A DNA stretch of 64,000 nt from Harriotta raleighana. Lineage: Eukaryota. Under the pieces are notes generated by a model. That model was not told where the DNA came from. It made no database searches and saw only the letters and a list, made by a program, of their open reading frames with translations. The DNA lies in assembly GCA_050575255.1 (NCBI GenBank), contig JBNZDD010013567.1:342842-406841 (forward strand). Reading direction: 5' to 3'. This document shows, piece after piece, positions 36,643 through 48,674 of this stretch. The translations under genes were made by a program, and so were the position numbers. Each line of letters begins with the position of its first letter. Positions within the stretch are counted from its first letter, which is position 1.

Positions 36643-36752
36643 GGCTGTCAGCTTGTCTCAGTTGGTAGCATACTCACCTTTGGAGTCGGATGGTTGGTTG
36701 TGGGTTGAACGTCTATGTACAGACTTTGAGGTCAGACTATAAATGAACACTT
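36643..36752 (+). mobile_element. Old SINE tRNA-like head
   Basis: tctcagttggtagcatactcacctttggagtcggatgg...gggttgaac; reverse-strand heads at 1205-1275 and 42690-42812. Confidence 0.6.
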
Positions 36753-37289
36753 CAGCCTATATTCTGACCTGGGAGATCAAACTGGAGAAAAACGTAATTG
36801 GACCTCTTGCGGACAAAATCCATAGGTTCATAAATAAATTCAGAAAAGTGGTAAATAAATCCAACAAATCATTAGTAAGGTCATTTACAGAATATTTGTC
36901 TTTTAGGTGATCTCATTGTGGGTTCCCTAAAATCTAATCTAGACCCAAAGATGAAAATTCTTCATTTCTTATGTTACATAAAACTAGGAGGCATGCTAAT
37001 GTGGTTGATCTCTCCACAGAGGATAAAAGCTGTTTAAAATTAGACTTGTTTCCCCTTATGTAAGCAATAATTAACAAAACGCTCACTTTGTAAGTTATAG
37101 CCAAGTGAATGCTGAGGAATTTTACGAAATTCATTTTTTTAAAGCATGGAAATACTGGATGTTGGGAGGGTATGTTTATAATCTTTGTGTGACACTGTGC
37201 AGCTCAATCCACATGTCGTGTCATGATGTGATGCAGTATGATGTCAATGTGTATTAGAATATAACATTTGTTTGTTAAAACTCATATTT

Positions 37290-37530
37290 GATTGGGGAAG
37301 CTTTCGGCAATATAATAAAAAGGTTACCATGTGGTATACATCAGCACCAAGTAGTGAAGGACCGTTTCAGCTCTCAAAATTATCGCTTTATTTCTCGCTC
37401 ATTTTTGGGGACCATTATTCTCTCAAATTCCCAGTGATGACAGTTCTAAAGTATGTTAAACATGTAAGCACAAATGGAGAACATTGCTTGAATTGGATCA
37501 GTTGTGGACAAAAACTCAAAGTGTTGAATT
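37290..37530 (+). pseudogene. Paramyxovirus-like nucleoprotein core fragment, EVE
   Basis: HQVVKDRFSSQNYRFISRSFLGT fits the N signature F-x4-Y-x3-Phi-S-Phi-AMG (cf. SIQNKFSAGSYPLLWSYAMGV). Confidence 0.4.
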
Positions 37531-38204
37531 TTTGATGGCAGATGGTGAAATGTTAAGTCAAAAAGTGACTGAGTTGCTGAGAGAAGGTTGACTTGTACGG
37601 AAAGCAACAAAATGGACAACAAACACTGGTTGCTTATGATACACACTTCTGTTTTGCTAAAGACATTTCAGCAACTCTGTGAAAGAAGGTAGAGGTATGG
37701 CTAGAATAGCTGCTTAAGTTACTATAGAGTGAGCGAATAACACAGTGCTCACAAACACTGAGCACCACATTGCAGCCTACGTTTTGGTTCAGGTACTTTT
37801 GAATGTGAGGAGTTGTCAAAAAGGGGTCAGTTTATTTCTAGTTGGTAGAGGGTAAAGGGAAGCATGCTGCATTATTACTTAGTTTTGTTTTCCAAAATTC
37901 ATTGAAAAAAGAGAAGTTTTTTTTTCATTGAACGAATGTAGGTTATTCATCAATGGCATGGGGGAAGCTATTGGTTTGGACCAAGTGTGATTTCTTCTCC
38001 CACTGGCCACATTGGTAGCTTAATGCAATTTTGTTTTTGTTATTTCCTTGGGCTAGATGTAAGCAGGGTCTCATTGGAGCTCAATCAGTTCCAAGGTGAC
38101 ATGTTTGCAACTGAATGTCAGAATTGAGCAAGGTCTCTGTAGCAGTCTTGATAGTCCGGTTCCTGAGCTAGGCAGGGCTGCATTATTCCAGAGAGTCCTG
38201 TACC

Positions 38205-38432
38205 AAGATGGTTGGAGCACTCACCTCGTTCAATTCCTGGCAGGGATACTCCTGTTAAAAATCTCTCAAGAAAAAAACAATAATAAATTGGTCATTTCAA
38301 TCCATGACTGTTTGTGGAACACCTCTGTGCGCAATTGGCTGCCGTAGTCAACTCACTGTACAGTATATTCAGCTTTGAGATGTCTAGAAGATGTGAAAAA
38401 CACAATATCAAATGCAAGGATTGTTATCAAGG
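38205..38432 (+). mobile_element. tRNA-derived SINE (degenerate)
   Basis: ggttggagcactcacc...gttcaattcctggcaggg...tatcaaatgcaaggatt. Confidence 0.8.
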
Positions 38433-40009
38433 ATTATGATAAGCATGGGTTTGAGCCCTCACTCGGTGGAGAGTAGGTACCTCACTCTCTGTGAGCTTCC
38501 CAATGGGCAACACATCCCAGCATGGAACAGTGAGACCACTGCCACCATCTTCTTGCCGCAGCTCAGGTGAATCAGAAGAATGAATGAATCTGACTGTAAG
38601 AGAAAGTTCAGTGAACAATGGAACAACCTTGAAACAAATGGCAATTCAAAAATTGAAAGGACTTTTTCACTGTAATGCACATCATTGACCTTTCATTTCC
38701 AGCTTCATATAGATTTGTGTCATATTTGTTTTTGTCAAACAAACTGTTTATTCTTCGGAGCAGTTGATTGATAACAGCTTTGGAGTTATTTTAGGCACTG
38801 CACACACGACAACCCTTCATCCCAGATCATACACAACAGCTGTGACCCACAGATGCAAAGTAAGGAGTTATTCTTGTATCATTCAATAGACTCCCATTCT
38901 TTTAAAGAAGGCGCTAAATTGTTACCATCCAGCTTCCTTTGATATACGGTAGAGTTAAAATGCAAGAGGTTTGTACTTGGCACACACTACTGGTACTTGA
39001 CACATTTGACCCATTGTTTGAAGTATGTTGGTGATATTAGCTTTGATGTAGTAAGACTATTTATTGTTTTGCAGCACATCTGATTCAGATCAAAGGTTAT
39101 GGATAACAGCAAACGGTTTCTACCAGTACAATAACTGCGGCTAGATTCATGACTCAATGCAACTTTAATGACTGTAGTCATCTGCTCGCAACTAGCACAT
39201 GATGATTGGTAGTTTATAAGTTATAGTGATTGGTGTTTACGTTATTAATCGCATATCCACATCCTATGAGATAATTCACATTTAATAGTTCTTCCAGAGA
39301 CCACTTTATGTGAACTAAAATAATTTGCAGAGTCCTAAAATTATCCATAAGGAGAGAGCATTGTTCTCCATATTTAAATGCATAATCACACATTGCTGAA
39401 AATGACCCAATGAAATTTTGTTGCCAGTAAGCATTAGCTTTGTGGATTAATCATCTTGGCTGAACACGGAAACAGAAAAGTGTAGCCAACCTATATTTTC
39501 TTCCGTCATTTCAGCCGCATCCTTTTGTTACACATGAATACTTATAGATGTATAGATACTGTATATCATTCATTGTGTTGTACTGATTAGAAAAAAAATA
39601 ACAGATTCTAATCATAAATTAAACTTGACCCTGTATATTCATATTTCAGAGGCACTCCCAGACATCAAATTCATCCAGCTGCAAATCATGACCCTGTTTT
39701 GCTTGATGCAGCTTCTGCTATACTCCCAGGAGGCACAAATTGCCTCTCCATCACAATCCTCCCCTACAAAATTACATTGCAAGATGAGATCAATGCTACA
39801 TTGCCAGATACCAATTTTATCCTTCAAAACAATCAGCATTTCCATGAAATTGCTCACTTTTGAGAAACCTACCCATGCAGTCCGATGGTGATTCATTATG
39901 ATTTTTGTGTCCCACTCCAAACATTTGAAAATTAAAATATTATCACGGAGCGACATTACGTTCTTATTTCTTACCACTTCATATGACAAAATGATGCTGC
40001 ATTATCGTC

Positions 40010-40222
40010 GTAGAATTGTACAGCACAGAAGGAGGCCATTTGGCCCATCCTGTCTGTGTCGGCTCTTTGAAAAGAGCTGTGTAAATCAGTCCCACTCCCT
40101 CATCTCCCCATAGCCCTGCAAACCTGTCCCCCCAAATAATTATCTACTTCTCTCTTCAAAGTTGTTATCAAGCTGGCTTCCACCCACCCTTTCAGGCAAT
40201 GCTTTCTGGATCCAAACAACTC
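40010..40222 (-). mobile_element. CR1 LINE 3' end
   Basis: tagaattgtacagcacagaaggaggccatttggcccatc...ccaccctttcaggc. Confidence 0.8.
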
Positions 40223-40367
40223 GCTATGTATTGTACAGGAAGAAAATGTATTCCTTTTGACTGGAATCTCAGATGTGATTTGCTGATGTGGTTTTTACTT
40301 TACATCAACATGGCCTTCAATGCTGAGTTGGGGAAGGACTATTTGGAAAGTACGTTTAAGGAGCAGA

Positions 40368-40525
40368 GTAACAACAATAACAACAACAAAATTACATCTG
40401 TATAGCTCCTTTCATGTTGAGAGGACATCCCATGGTGCTGAACAGTCAATGTTGCAGACTCAAACTAGGGACAGGATCGGAGAGTGTGGAGAAGGAGGGT
40501 ATTTGGGATGACTAATGGGACCGTT
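40368..40525 (-). mobile_element. L2 3' end
   Basis: (aac)n-aaaattacatctgtatagctcctttcatgttgagaggacatccc. Confidence 0.75.
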
Positions 40526-41280
40526 GTACAACCAAATCAAATCCATGCCCATGAATCCCTAATGGCACTTGTCCAAAAAAAGTAAAATGATTAATGCAGA
40601 TTTGAGTATAAAAATTGAATTAACAGGAGTTGATGAGTTAATTCAATTTCACACTACCACTACCTCTCGCTCCACTGACATTTCCTACATAAATTTAGCT
40701 TGTAAACGATGATAAACAACCCCAAATTACAATATTAAAGCTACTTAAACACCGGGAGAGACTTATGACTGGAATATTCAGTCTAACCAAACAATTTGCA
40801 CCTTTCAGTAGGAAATCATTTTCAAAGCACTTTCAAATGTTCATTTAAATACTGAACTCTGGACTTTCCATGTGAGGCCAAGGTTTTTTCAATGCAATAT
40901 TGTAAACATTCAAGTGACTTTTATTTGCCTGAAGCATTGAGATAAATATATACATCTACTTCACTGAAGTAAATAGCTTTTTAACCGTAATGATTTATTC
41001 TGGATATTTTGCAATGCACAAACATGCGCACAAGTCATAAACATTTTATCTGTGCTGACTGTTTGTGTATTAATAACTCTGCACACACTCTTGAATATGT
41101 GACCCAAAGTGACCTGAAATTGAATGAAGTGTCCCAAAGTCGGATAAACAATGGTTATTCATATTTACCAGTTAATATTTAGTTAAATAACTAACAGGTT
41201 TTTTTCAAAGTAGATGAGATTACAGGTGTCTGCTATAATTATAATTATTATTATAGCATTGGTGTTAGGCATACCAATGT

Positions 41281-41392
41281 TATAATAATAATAATCCTTG
41301 CATTTGACTTACCGTTTTATCGCAACTTCGAGATATCTCAAAGCACAAAATAAACTGTTAAGTGAATTGACTATATATTTTGTGGCAAAACA
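41281..41392 (-). mobile_element. SINE 3' tail
   Basis: (aat)n-ccttgcatttga family tail. Confidence 0.8.
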
Positions 41393-41944
41393 GTATTTTC
41401 AACTTTTGCTGTTCTACTTTTCACTCTCTCGCCTCGCTTCCCTCCTGACTTTCTCACCAGACTGACTCTCCAGCTGCACTTCTTAGAGGTTTGAGAGAAA
41501 AACTGCCCCAAATTGGGCAGTGCAAAATCACATGGATCGTATTAGCATAATTGGGTCACTTGATACCAAATTAGATAAATGACTTAACTCATTCAAATTA
41601 ACATCTGGTAATAAAAATACAGCTATCCGTGTTCAGTTGTTGGAGGTGCCTGGTGGTTGAACCCACGGCTGATGAGAGCTGAATGACTCAATGGCAACTT
41701 CCCAACATGAGGATTTCTCTACCATGTAATGCTTTCAGACTATTTGCTTGGCAAAGTGAATGATTTGCATTGAAAATAACCCCCTCTCCCACCAATGTTT
41801 TCCTTTAACAAGACTAAACAAAACTTGCAATAATCCTCACATCAGTGTTTTTGAAAGGATATATTTGAACCATTTCAAGGCCCTTCACAGGATTCTAGTA
41901 AACATTAGTGACTGTACATGCAGAAACAAGAGGAGGACAAATTG

Positions 41945-42075
41945 AGGTGGATACGTTTGCAGGACTACGGGAGAGCGTGGGGGAGTGGGATTGATTTGGA
42001 TAGCTCTTTTCAAAGAGATGGCACAGACACAATGGGCCAAATGGCCTCCTTCTATTTTGTTTAATACTATGATTC
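41945..42075 (+). mobile_element. CR1 LINE 3' end
   Basis: ttggatagctcttttcaaagagatggcacagacacaatgggccaaatggcctccttct. Confidence 0.8.
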
Positions 42076-43134
42076 AATGTAGGCAAAAGAGACATCCAAT
42101 TTTAACAGCAATGTCCCACACACAGCCTTGAAGTGAATGGCTAATTTTCTGTTTCCTTGAGTGCGACCAAAGTATAATATCTTGCTATTGATTTTGTCGT
42201 TTGCAATAAAACAAAATGTGAAAATTTCAATACATTCCAAGTTTAGCAACTAAGTCTTTTACTTGCATTCTTCTTTACTTTTGTCCGAGTCAGAATTTTA
42301 AGCATCAAATAAACAAAGCTGGAAATGATATCGAGACCGTTCTTCTTTCCGTGATCAAAAACAGATCCAACTTTGTGTAGAAGATCAGTAAACATATCTA
42401 CATGATGCAACTCTTGCTTTGATCGGAAAATCTTTTTAATGTAATTTCTCAAGTTTATATTCATTTAAAAATAAATAAATGCAGCATTGATGAAAGCCTT
42501 TATTTTTCTTGAGCCTGCAAGGGGATGGATAGTTACTTCTGGCAGTATTTTCTACAGGATAGAAACACCAATTTTTCTATAGGATGTTCAATATGATATC
42601 AAAAAAGTATGGTTCTAATTAGAACATTACTTCAGTTCTTGTCAAATTATGGATACCTTGTTTTAAATGTAAGGTGGACTGCTACAATGTATTATTCCTC
42701 CCCACTACTGCAGTGGGATGTCAACCTGGATTAGGAGCTCATAACCTGACAATGGGGCTGGAATCTGCAATCTTCTCATTCCAAGGAAAGATTACCACCA
42801 ACTGAGCTAGTTGGAAATCGAACGAATGGAATAGAGCCCATGGTAGTGGAACATACTGTGCTTTCCTTGAGGAAAAATAATTATTAGAACAAATCATTCA
42901 AAGCCAGATGGTCGTTTCTTATCCGGACAATTGTTGTGTTGCCTTCCTTTCAACTAGTGTTATTTGTTGAATTTTGCAAGATTTGTTTCTAACTGCATGG
43001 AATCCTTGAAATATTTTTTCTCTCCGATCTTCACATCCCAATTAAGTATTTCCACAGTTTTTTGTTGTTACTTGCCTTGGACATATTTTATTGATATCCT
43101 AAAAGTGCTTAATAATATAAATAATCTTTCCGAT

Positions 43135-43388
43135 ATGCTTTACTATATCTTCCAGACATCTCATAGCATTTCATAGAATACACTGTGAAGTGAATTGACT
43201 GTACATTTGTAGGTGAAATGCGGCAGCCAATTGCGCACAGCAGTGACCCACAAACAGTCATGGATTGAAATTACCAATTTATTATTATTTTTGGGGGGAG
43301 AGATTATCAGACATGTGCAGTAAGGAAACTTGCCCAAGGTCTCTCACTTGCAAGGCAAGTGCTCTAACCACTGAACTACAGGTTACTC
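43135..43388 (-). mobile_element. tRNA-derived SINE
   Basis: Body plus head caaggcaagtgctctaaccactgaactacagg. Confidence 0.85.
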
Positions 43389-44114
43389 CAATGACGCTAA
43401 TGCCCATTGGTTCTTGCTGTTCCCTGGCATCAGTGCCAGGTATGTGTCAGAAAGTTTGCTCCCTATGAAGAATCTTTTCATACCCTGACATGCCCTGTGA
43501 AAGCCTGTGGTATTTAAACAGCTTCAAGCCGACAGGAGGTAGCTCATTTCCTGAATTAAATTTTTGCTGCTAGTGGCGTAAGGATGCTGAATACTGAAAT
43601 GCCACACTGTATTAGGATACTTCAGTCGTCGTTAGTCATCTTGCTAGTAACAGAATTCAGTGTGTAGCATTTGGACTTTTTAATTGCTGTTTTTCTTTTC
43701 AGGTTCACAGTGGTGGTCATGGAATTCTCAAACTTTTAACTCATAATCAGGAGTGCTTTTGACTTCAGTTCCAACCCAGTGCCAGCCACAATATTTTTCA
43801 GCCCATTCTATTTGTAGCAATCGTTGCTGTGCAAAATGGTTAGTGATTTCTCTTCCTTACCAGTTCACCTTTGTAAAAGCCAGACAGATAGCTGTGTTCA
43901 GTTTGTCTCAACTCATTGTTAAAAAAGGTTAATTGGCTTTTAGATTAGAAGACCCTACCCATAAGATTTTCTGTCAAGCACTCGGACCCTACCTTGGTGT
44001 GAAGGACGCTATGTAAATACAAGTTTATCTGAAAAAGGGTGGTGACCTACAGGATGCATATGCTTCATCTCCATTTTCAAATTGAACATTTTTTAACTCC
44101 CTTTTCTTTTCGAG

Positions 44115-44288
44115 TGGTGCCATAGGATCTTTAATGAACAAGCTGATGGGACCTCCGTTCATCTAAAGCATGGCACTCCGACCCTCAGAAAGATATTGGA
44201 GTGTTGGCTTAAACTGTAAACTGAAAGTCCCTCGTGGGGCTTGAACTCACACCCTTCTGACTCAGAGTCGAGAATGCTACCAGCTGAT
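44115..44288 (-). mobile_element. Deu-domain SINE 5' half
   Basis: gtgccataggatctttaa...ggggcttgaactcacacccttctgactcagagtcgagaatgctacc. Confidence 0.75.
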
Positions 44289-44850
44289 GCCGAGTATTGT
44301 GCCCTTATGGATGCCAGATGGATACAGAATGCTGTTGATTGACAGATTCGCCCACCAAATCCATACTCGAAGGCAATTTATTTTTATGTGATACTACAAA
44401 ACCTCGCATGCACAACCATTTTGCAACAGTAGAACAATGAGAGAATAGAGAACTTTATTACACATGAGCTATTGATTTATATGGGTAAGAGCCAATAAGG
44501 AAATTCCAGGGCCAAAGATGGCAGCGATACAGGAGGATAAACAAGAGCATATGGGCTTTTCACATCAAAAACTAACTTCTAACCATCAACATGTGCTTAA
44601 TATAAATTTGAATCATCTAACTAGTGAATTTGCTCTCAGATAGTTTCTATTATGAGCGTTTTATAATATGGGTGCAAATAAGTTAAACCCAGCATACAGT
44701 TTTGTGCACATTTTTCAGAATGCTGCATTACTGTATTTAGAATATAGGGTGCTTCTCTCACTGTCTGCTGTTGGTGTGTTGTTTGTAGCTGTTTAGAATC
44801 TACTTTGTTAATACCATGAACACTATTGAGCTATCCATTGCTCATCACTC

Positions 44851-44881
<31 letters not shown>

Positions 44882-44919
44882 NGAACACTATTGAGCTATC
44901 CATTGCTCATCACTCTCCG

Positions 44920-44956
<37 letters not shown>

Positions 44957-45374
44957 NGCACTGGGTTAAACTAATTTAACTTGGGCATAACATGGGTAGG
45001 AAGGGGTGAAGGGGAAAAAGGAGAGAACACTGCATATTTGTAAGTATATGTTACATATAATATGTATTAAATTTCGACAACAGTCCAGAAGTTTTATTCA
45101 ACCCGAAATGAAGATTGGTTCCTAGCTCTCTTGTATGAAGCATTACATTTTCTTTGCACATTGTGCAAAATAGTTTAGCCATTTTGATACTGAAGTGTTA
45201 GAAGTATCAGATTTCATTACTCATGAGGAAAGCATTTTGTAATGCACCGAATAATAATGTATAGTTTTTTTGGGGAGACAGATGAATGCCAATGGCTGTT
45301 ACATGAGGCTTTGGCCTATTTTTGTTATTGCTCTTGAAATAATAATAATACTATAAATAAATAATACTAATAAT

Positions 45375-45610
45375 ACTAGTAATCCTTGCATTTGATATAG
45401 CACTTTTCATGTTTTCTAGATGTCTCAAGGGGCTTCACGGAATGCACTGTAAAGTGAATTGACTGTACATTTTGTGGGTGAAACGCAACAGCACAACTGT
45501 CCACAAACAGTCGTGGATTGAAATGACCAATTTATTATTGGGTTTTTTTCTTGAGGGATTATTATCAGTCACTTGGAGCAAGGAAACTTGCCCAAGGTTT
45601 TGCCCTTCTG
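45375..45610 (-). mobile_element. tRNA-SINE, 5'-truncated
   Basis: Family tail and body up to aaggaaacttgcccaaggttttgccct. Confidence 0.85.
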
Positions 45611-46579
45611 GGAATCAAAATTCTTGAATAGGTGTTGAATCTTGTACGAGAACATAGAAATATTGGGAATCTCTTGTTTGCAGAGAGCAGTAAACCAATT
45701 TGAAATGATAAAGAGGGTTTCTCTTGACTAACAATCGGCCAGAAAAAAACATTCATGCATACGTTGGCTGTTGCTTGGTCAGTTTGATTGCTTCATCTGC
45801 CTGAAAAGACATACTTTAGAGAAAAACTCAAGCACTTTGAGAGATTGTGACATTATGAGGCAATGTATCAAATGCAAGGATTATTATATTACTCATTGTC
45901 CTGTATTCTAGATCTTTGAGAAGAACATCTGGCTTTCTATATAGGTTAAGATGATGTGAATGAAAGCAGAAGTACTATTTGCTGATACCTTGTGTGATGG
46001 TATCATCACATGAGCTCCATAGCAACTGCAAATGTAACAACAGCACGTCCTTCTGCACCAAAATGACAGGAACACTGCGGTAACAGTCTTTACTTATACT
46101 GCAGATTTATTTGAGGGTGATGCACGCATTTGTATTTTCTTGCCCCTAAAGTCTTTTCTTTGGAAGAATAGATTAGTTACTGCTTGACCCATAGTGTGGC
46201 TGAAACCTAGCTCTGAATTGTTGGGTTCCCCTTTCCCCTCTATAAATGTAATTTTGTTGTTGTTATTTTGTCCATTCTCTCTATCAAGAATCACACATGG
46301 TCAGACACAACCTTTTCATCTCTGGATCTCTTCCACTCTTTTGTCCCATTTCTCACAGTCTTGAAATAACCACACTACAAAGGTCTGGATTTAGTCATCT
46401 TTGGTAAAATTACATTTTCTCCAGATGAGTTGTAGCCTGTTATACATACACACACACTCATCAATCCTGGTAAAGAATTGCACATGTGCAACCACATAGA
46501 TTATCAATTAAAATTATAGGATTATCTTGGATCTATAAGAAAAGTACATTTACAGTTTAAATGTTGTATATCAGACTAG

Positions 46580-46988
46580 CAGAGCGATAACGCTCTCGCC
46601 TCTGGGTCAGAAGGGTATGAGTTCAAGCTCCACGTCAGGATTTGAATCACAATGTGTTATAGCTGACACTCCAATGGAGTGGGAGTGTGTTGCTTTGTTG
46701 GAGGTGCCGCCCTTCGGATGCGTTGTTAAACCGAGGTCCAATCTGCCTGTTCAGATGGATGTTAAAGACCTTATGGCACTATTTGTAAAGGGAAGGGAGT
46801 TTCTCTCTCTGGCCAATAATCCCCAAAATAAAATTGGTCACTCATTCCATGGCTGTTTGTGGGTCATTATTGTGCACAACTGGCCACCCACAAAATATAT
46901 AGTCAATCCACTTTACAGTGTATCCCGTGATACACTTTGAGATGTAATCACAATGTGAAAAGGGCTATATAAAATGCAAAGATTATTT
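46580..46988 (+). mobile_element. Full-length Deu-domain SINE
   Basis: tRNA-like head, ggaggtgccgcccttcggatgcgttgttaaaccgagg Deu core, L2-like tail. Confidence 0.9.
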
Positions 46989-47531
46989 TTAATGTCACTG
47001 TAAATATCCCACCTTTCTGCTGAAGGTTAAATCTGATTTTTTTTCAATGACACTGTTTGGGATAGCAAAAAGAAATCATGCCTAGTGGTGTTAGAAAGCA
47101 GAATAATCAGATTATTCTTTGTATAAAATTTAGTACTTGCTACATTTAGCAATGATTATGTGAATTCAGTTTTACACCTTCCTTGGGTGTCTTTCACTGA
47201 GGGGAAAGTGTGTTGGGGTCACTCATAACTAAAACAATAGTCATAATTTCAGCAGTAAGGTTGAGAGCTGTTACTGGAAAATAAAGGAAAAAAGAATGTA
47301 ATTCAGCGAACTGACTGGGATATGAATCATAGTATTTCTGCAATCAGGCTTGAGACTTTGTCCCAATTGTTGACTCATTGGATAGAGTCTAGCCATTTAA
47401 ATTTGTGCAAATTTAGAGGTGAAATATGCTACTACAGTAACTCACATTCCATAGCGTTGATTTTATTGTCAAAAGAAAAATAATCTCTATTGGTGGGTAT
47501 TCGTTGGTATTCATTTGCAAGCTCATAATTA

Positions 47532-48674
47532 GTTTTTAAGGGGAGTGATAACAGTTACATCAATATTTGGGTTGATGGCAGTGAGAATGCTGTAGTCTTG
47601 TTTTCAATCCTCAATATTCAATTTATACATAGGATTGCATAGAACATTACAACATTGAAACATGCCATTTGACATAACAAGGCCATGCTGATGTTTATAT
47701 TCCACCCCACCCGCCTCTCACACCTCCATCCTTCTATGCCCATCTCTTCTACCTCTCTATTTATTCCCTTCTCTCTCAGTGGAATCCTGTACTCAGTGGT
47801 TAGAGCACTCACCTTGCAACTGAGAGACTTTGGTTTGATTGCTGGCAAGGCAAAACCTTGGACAAGTTTCCTTACTCCACATGCCTAATAATAATCCTTC
47901 AAAGAAAAATAATGAATTGGTTATTTCAATCCATGACTATTGGTGGATTGCTGTGTACAATTTGCTGCTGCATTTCTCCCACAAATATATATTCAATTCA
48001 CTTCACAATTGAAGTGAATTGCATTCACTTCTAGACTTTGAGACGTTTAGAAAACGTGAAAAGCACTATATCAAATGTAAAGATTATTATTATTATACAT
48101 TCAAGTTCTTAGTGTTTAGGAAAATGGCTGTTTTAGGTAGGAATTCTTTCAACAAGAGGTTAACTCTCTGCATTCCTTTAAAAACCTCAAATGTTACTAA
48201 AATCCACACAATGTTCTGGAAGAAATGTCCTTGGAAAATCATAATTTCCAGACGTCTCTATTTAAGAGTGACTAAGAGAGGTTTAGGACCAACCAAAATA
48301 TGCAGCTTTCTCAGTTAGTTGTTTCTGAAGACTTCTGACAATGAATTTTGTTGTTGATCTTGCAACAGGAGTCTTTTTCCACCCAGCTTTCCTCCTTTGA
48401 AGTTTTCTTCCTTTGCTGAACTTGATCAGAACAATACCGAAGGTAAAGTATTTAACTGAACTATGGTTTTCAACAAAATATGATAGATTCTAGTTACAAC
48501 ACTCCCTTTCACAATTTGTTTTTAAGGGGAGTGATAACAGTTATATCAATATTTGGGTTGATGGCAGTGAGAATGCTGTAGTCTTGTTTTCAATCCTCAA
48601 TATTCAATTTATACATAAGATTGCATAGAACATTACAACATTGAAACATGCAATTTAACATAACAAGGCCATGC
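47532..48674 (+). repeat. 157-bp direct repeat (47532-47688 and 48518-48674)
   Basis: gtttttaagggg...acaaggccatgc occurs twice with a few substitutions and no N between the copies. Confidence 0.9.
47781..48096 (+). mobile_element. Full-length tRNA-derived SINE
   Basis: ggaatcctgtactcagtggttagagcactcacc...tatcaaatgtaaagattattattattat. Confidence 0.9.

Noticed and set aside
44851-44957. Long poly-C runs with a duplicated flank
   Set aside because: Both runs end at N junctions; lengths are unreliable and probably an assembly or sequencing artefact.
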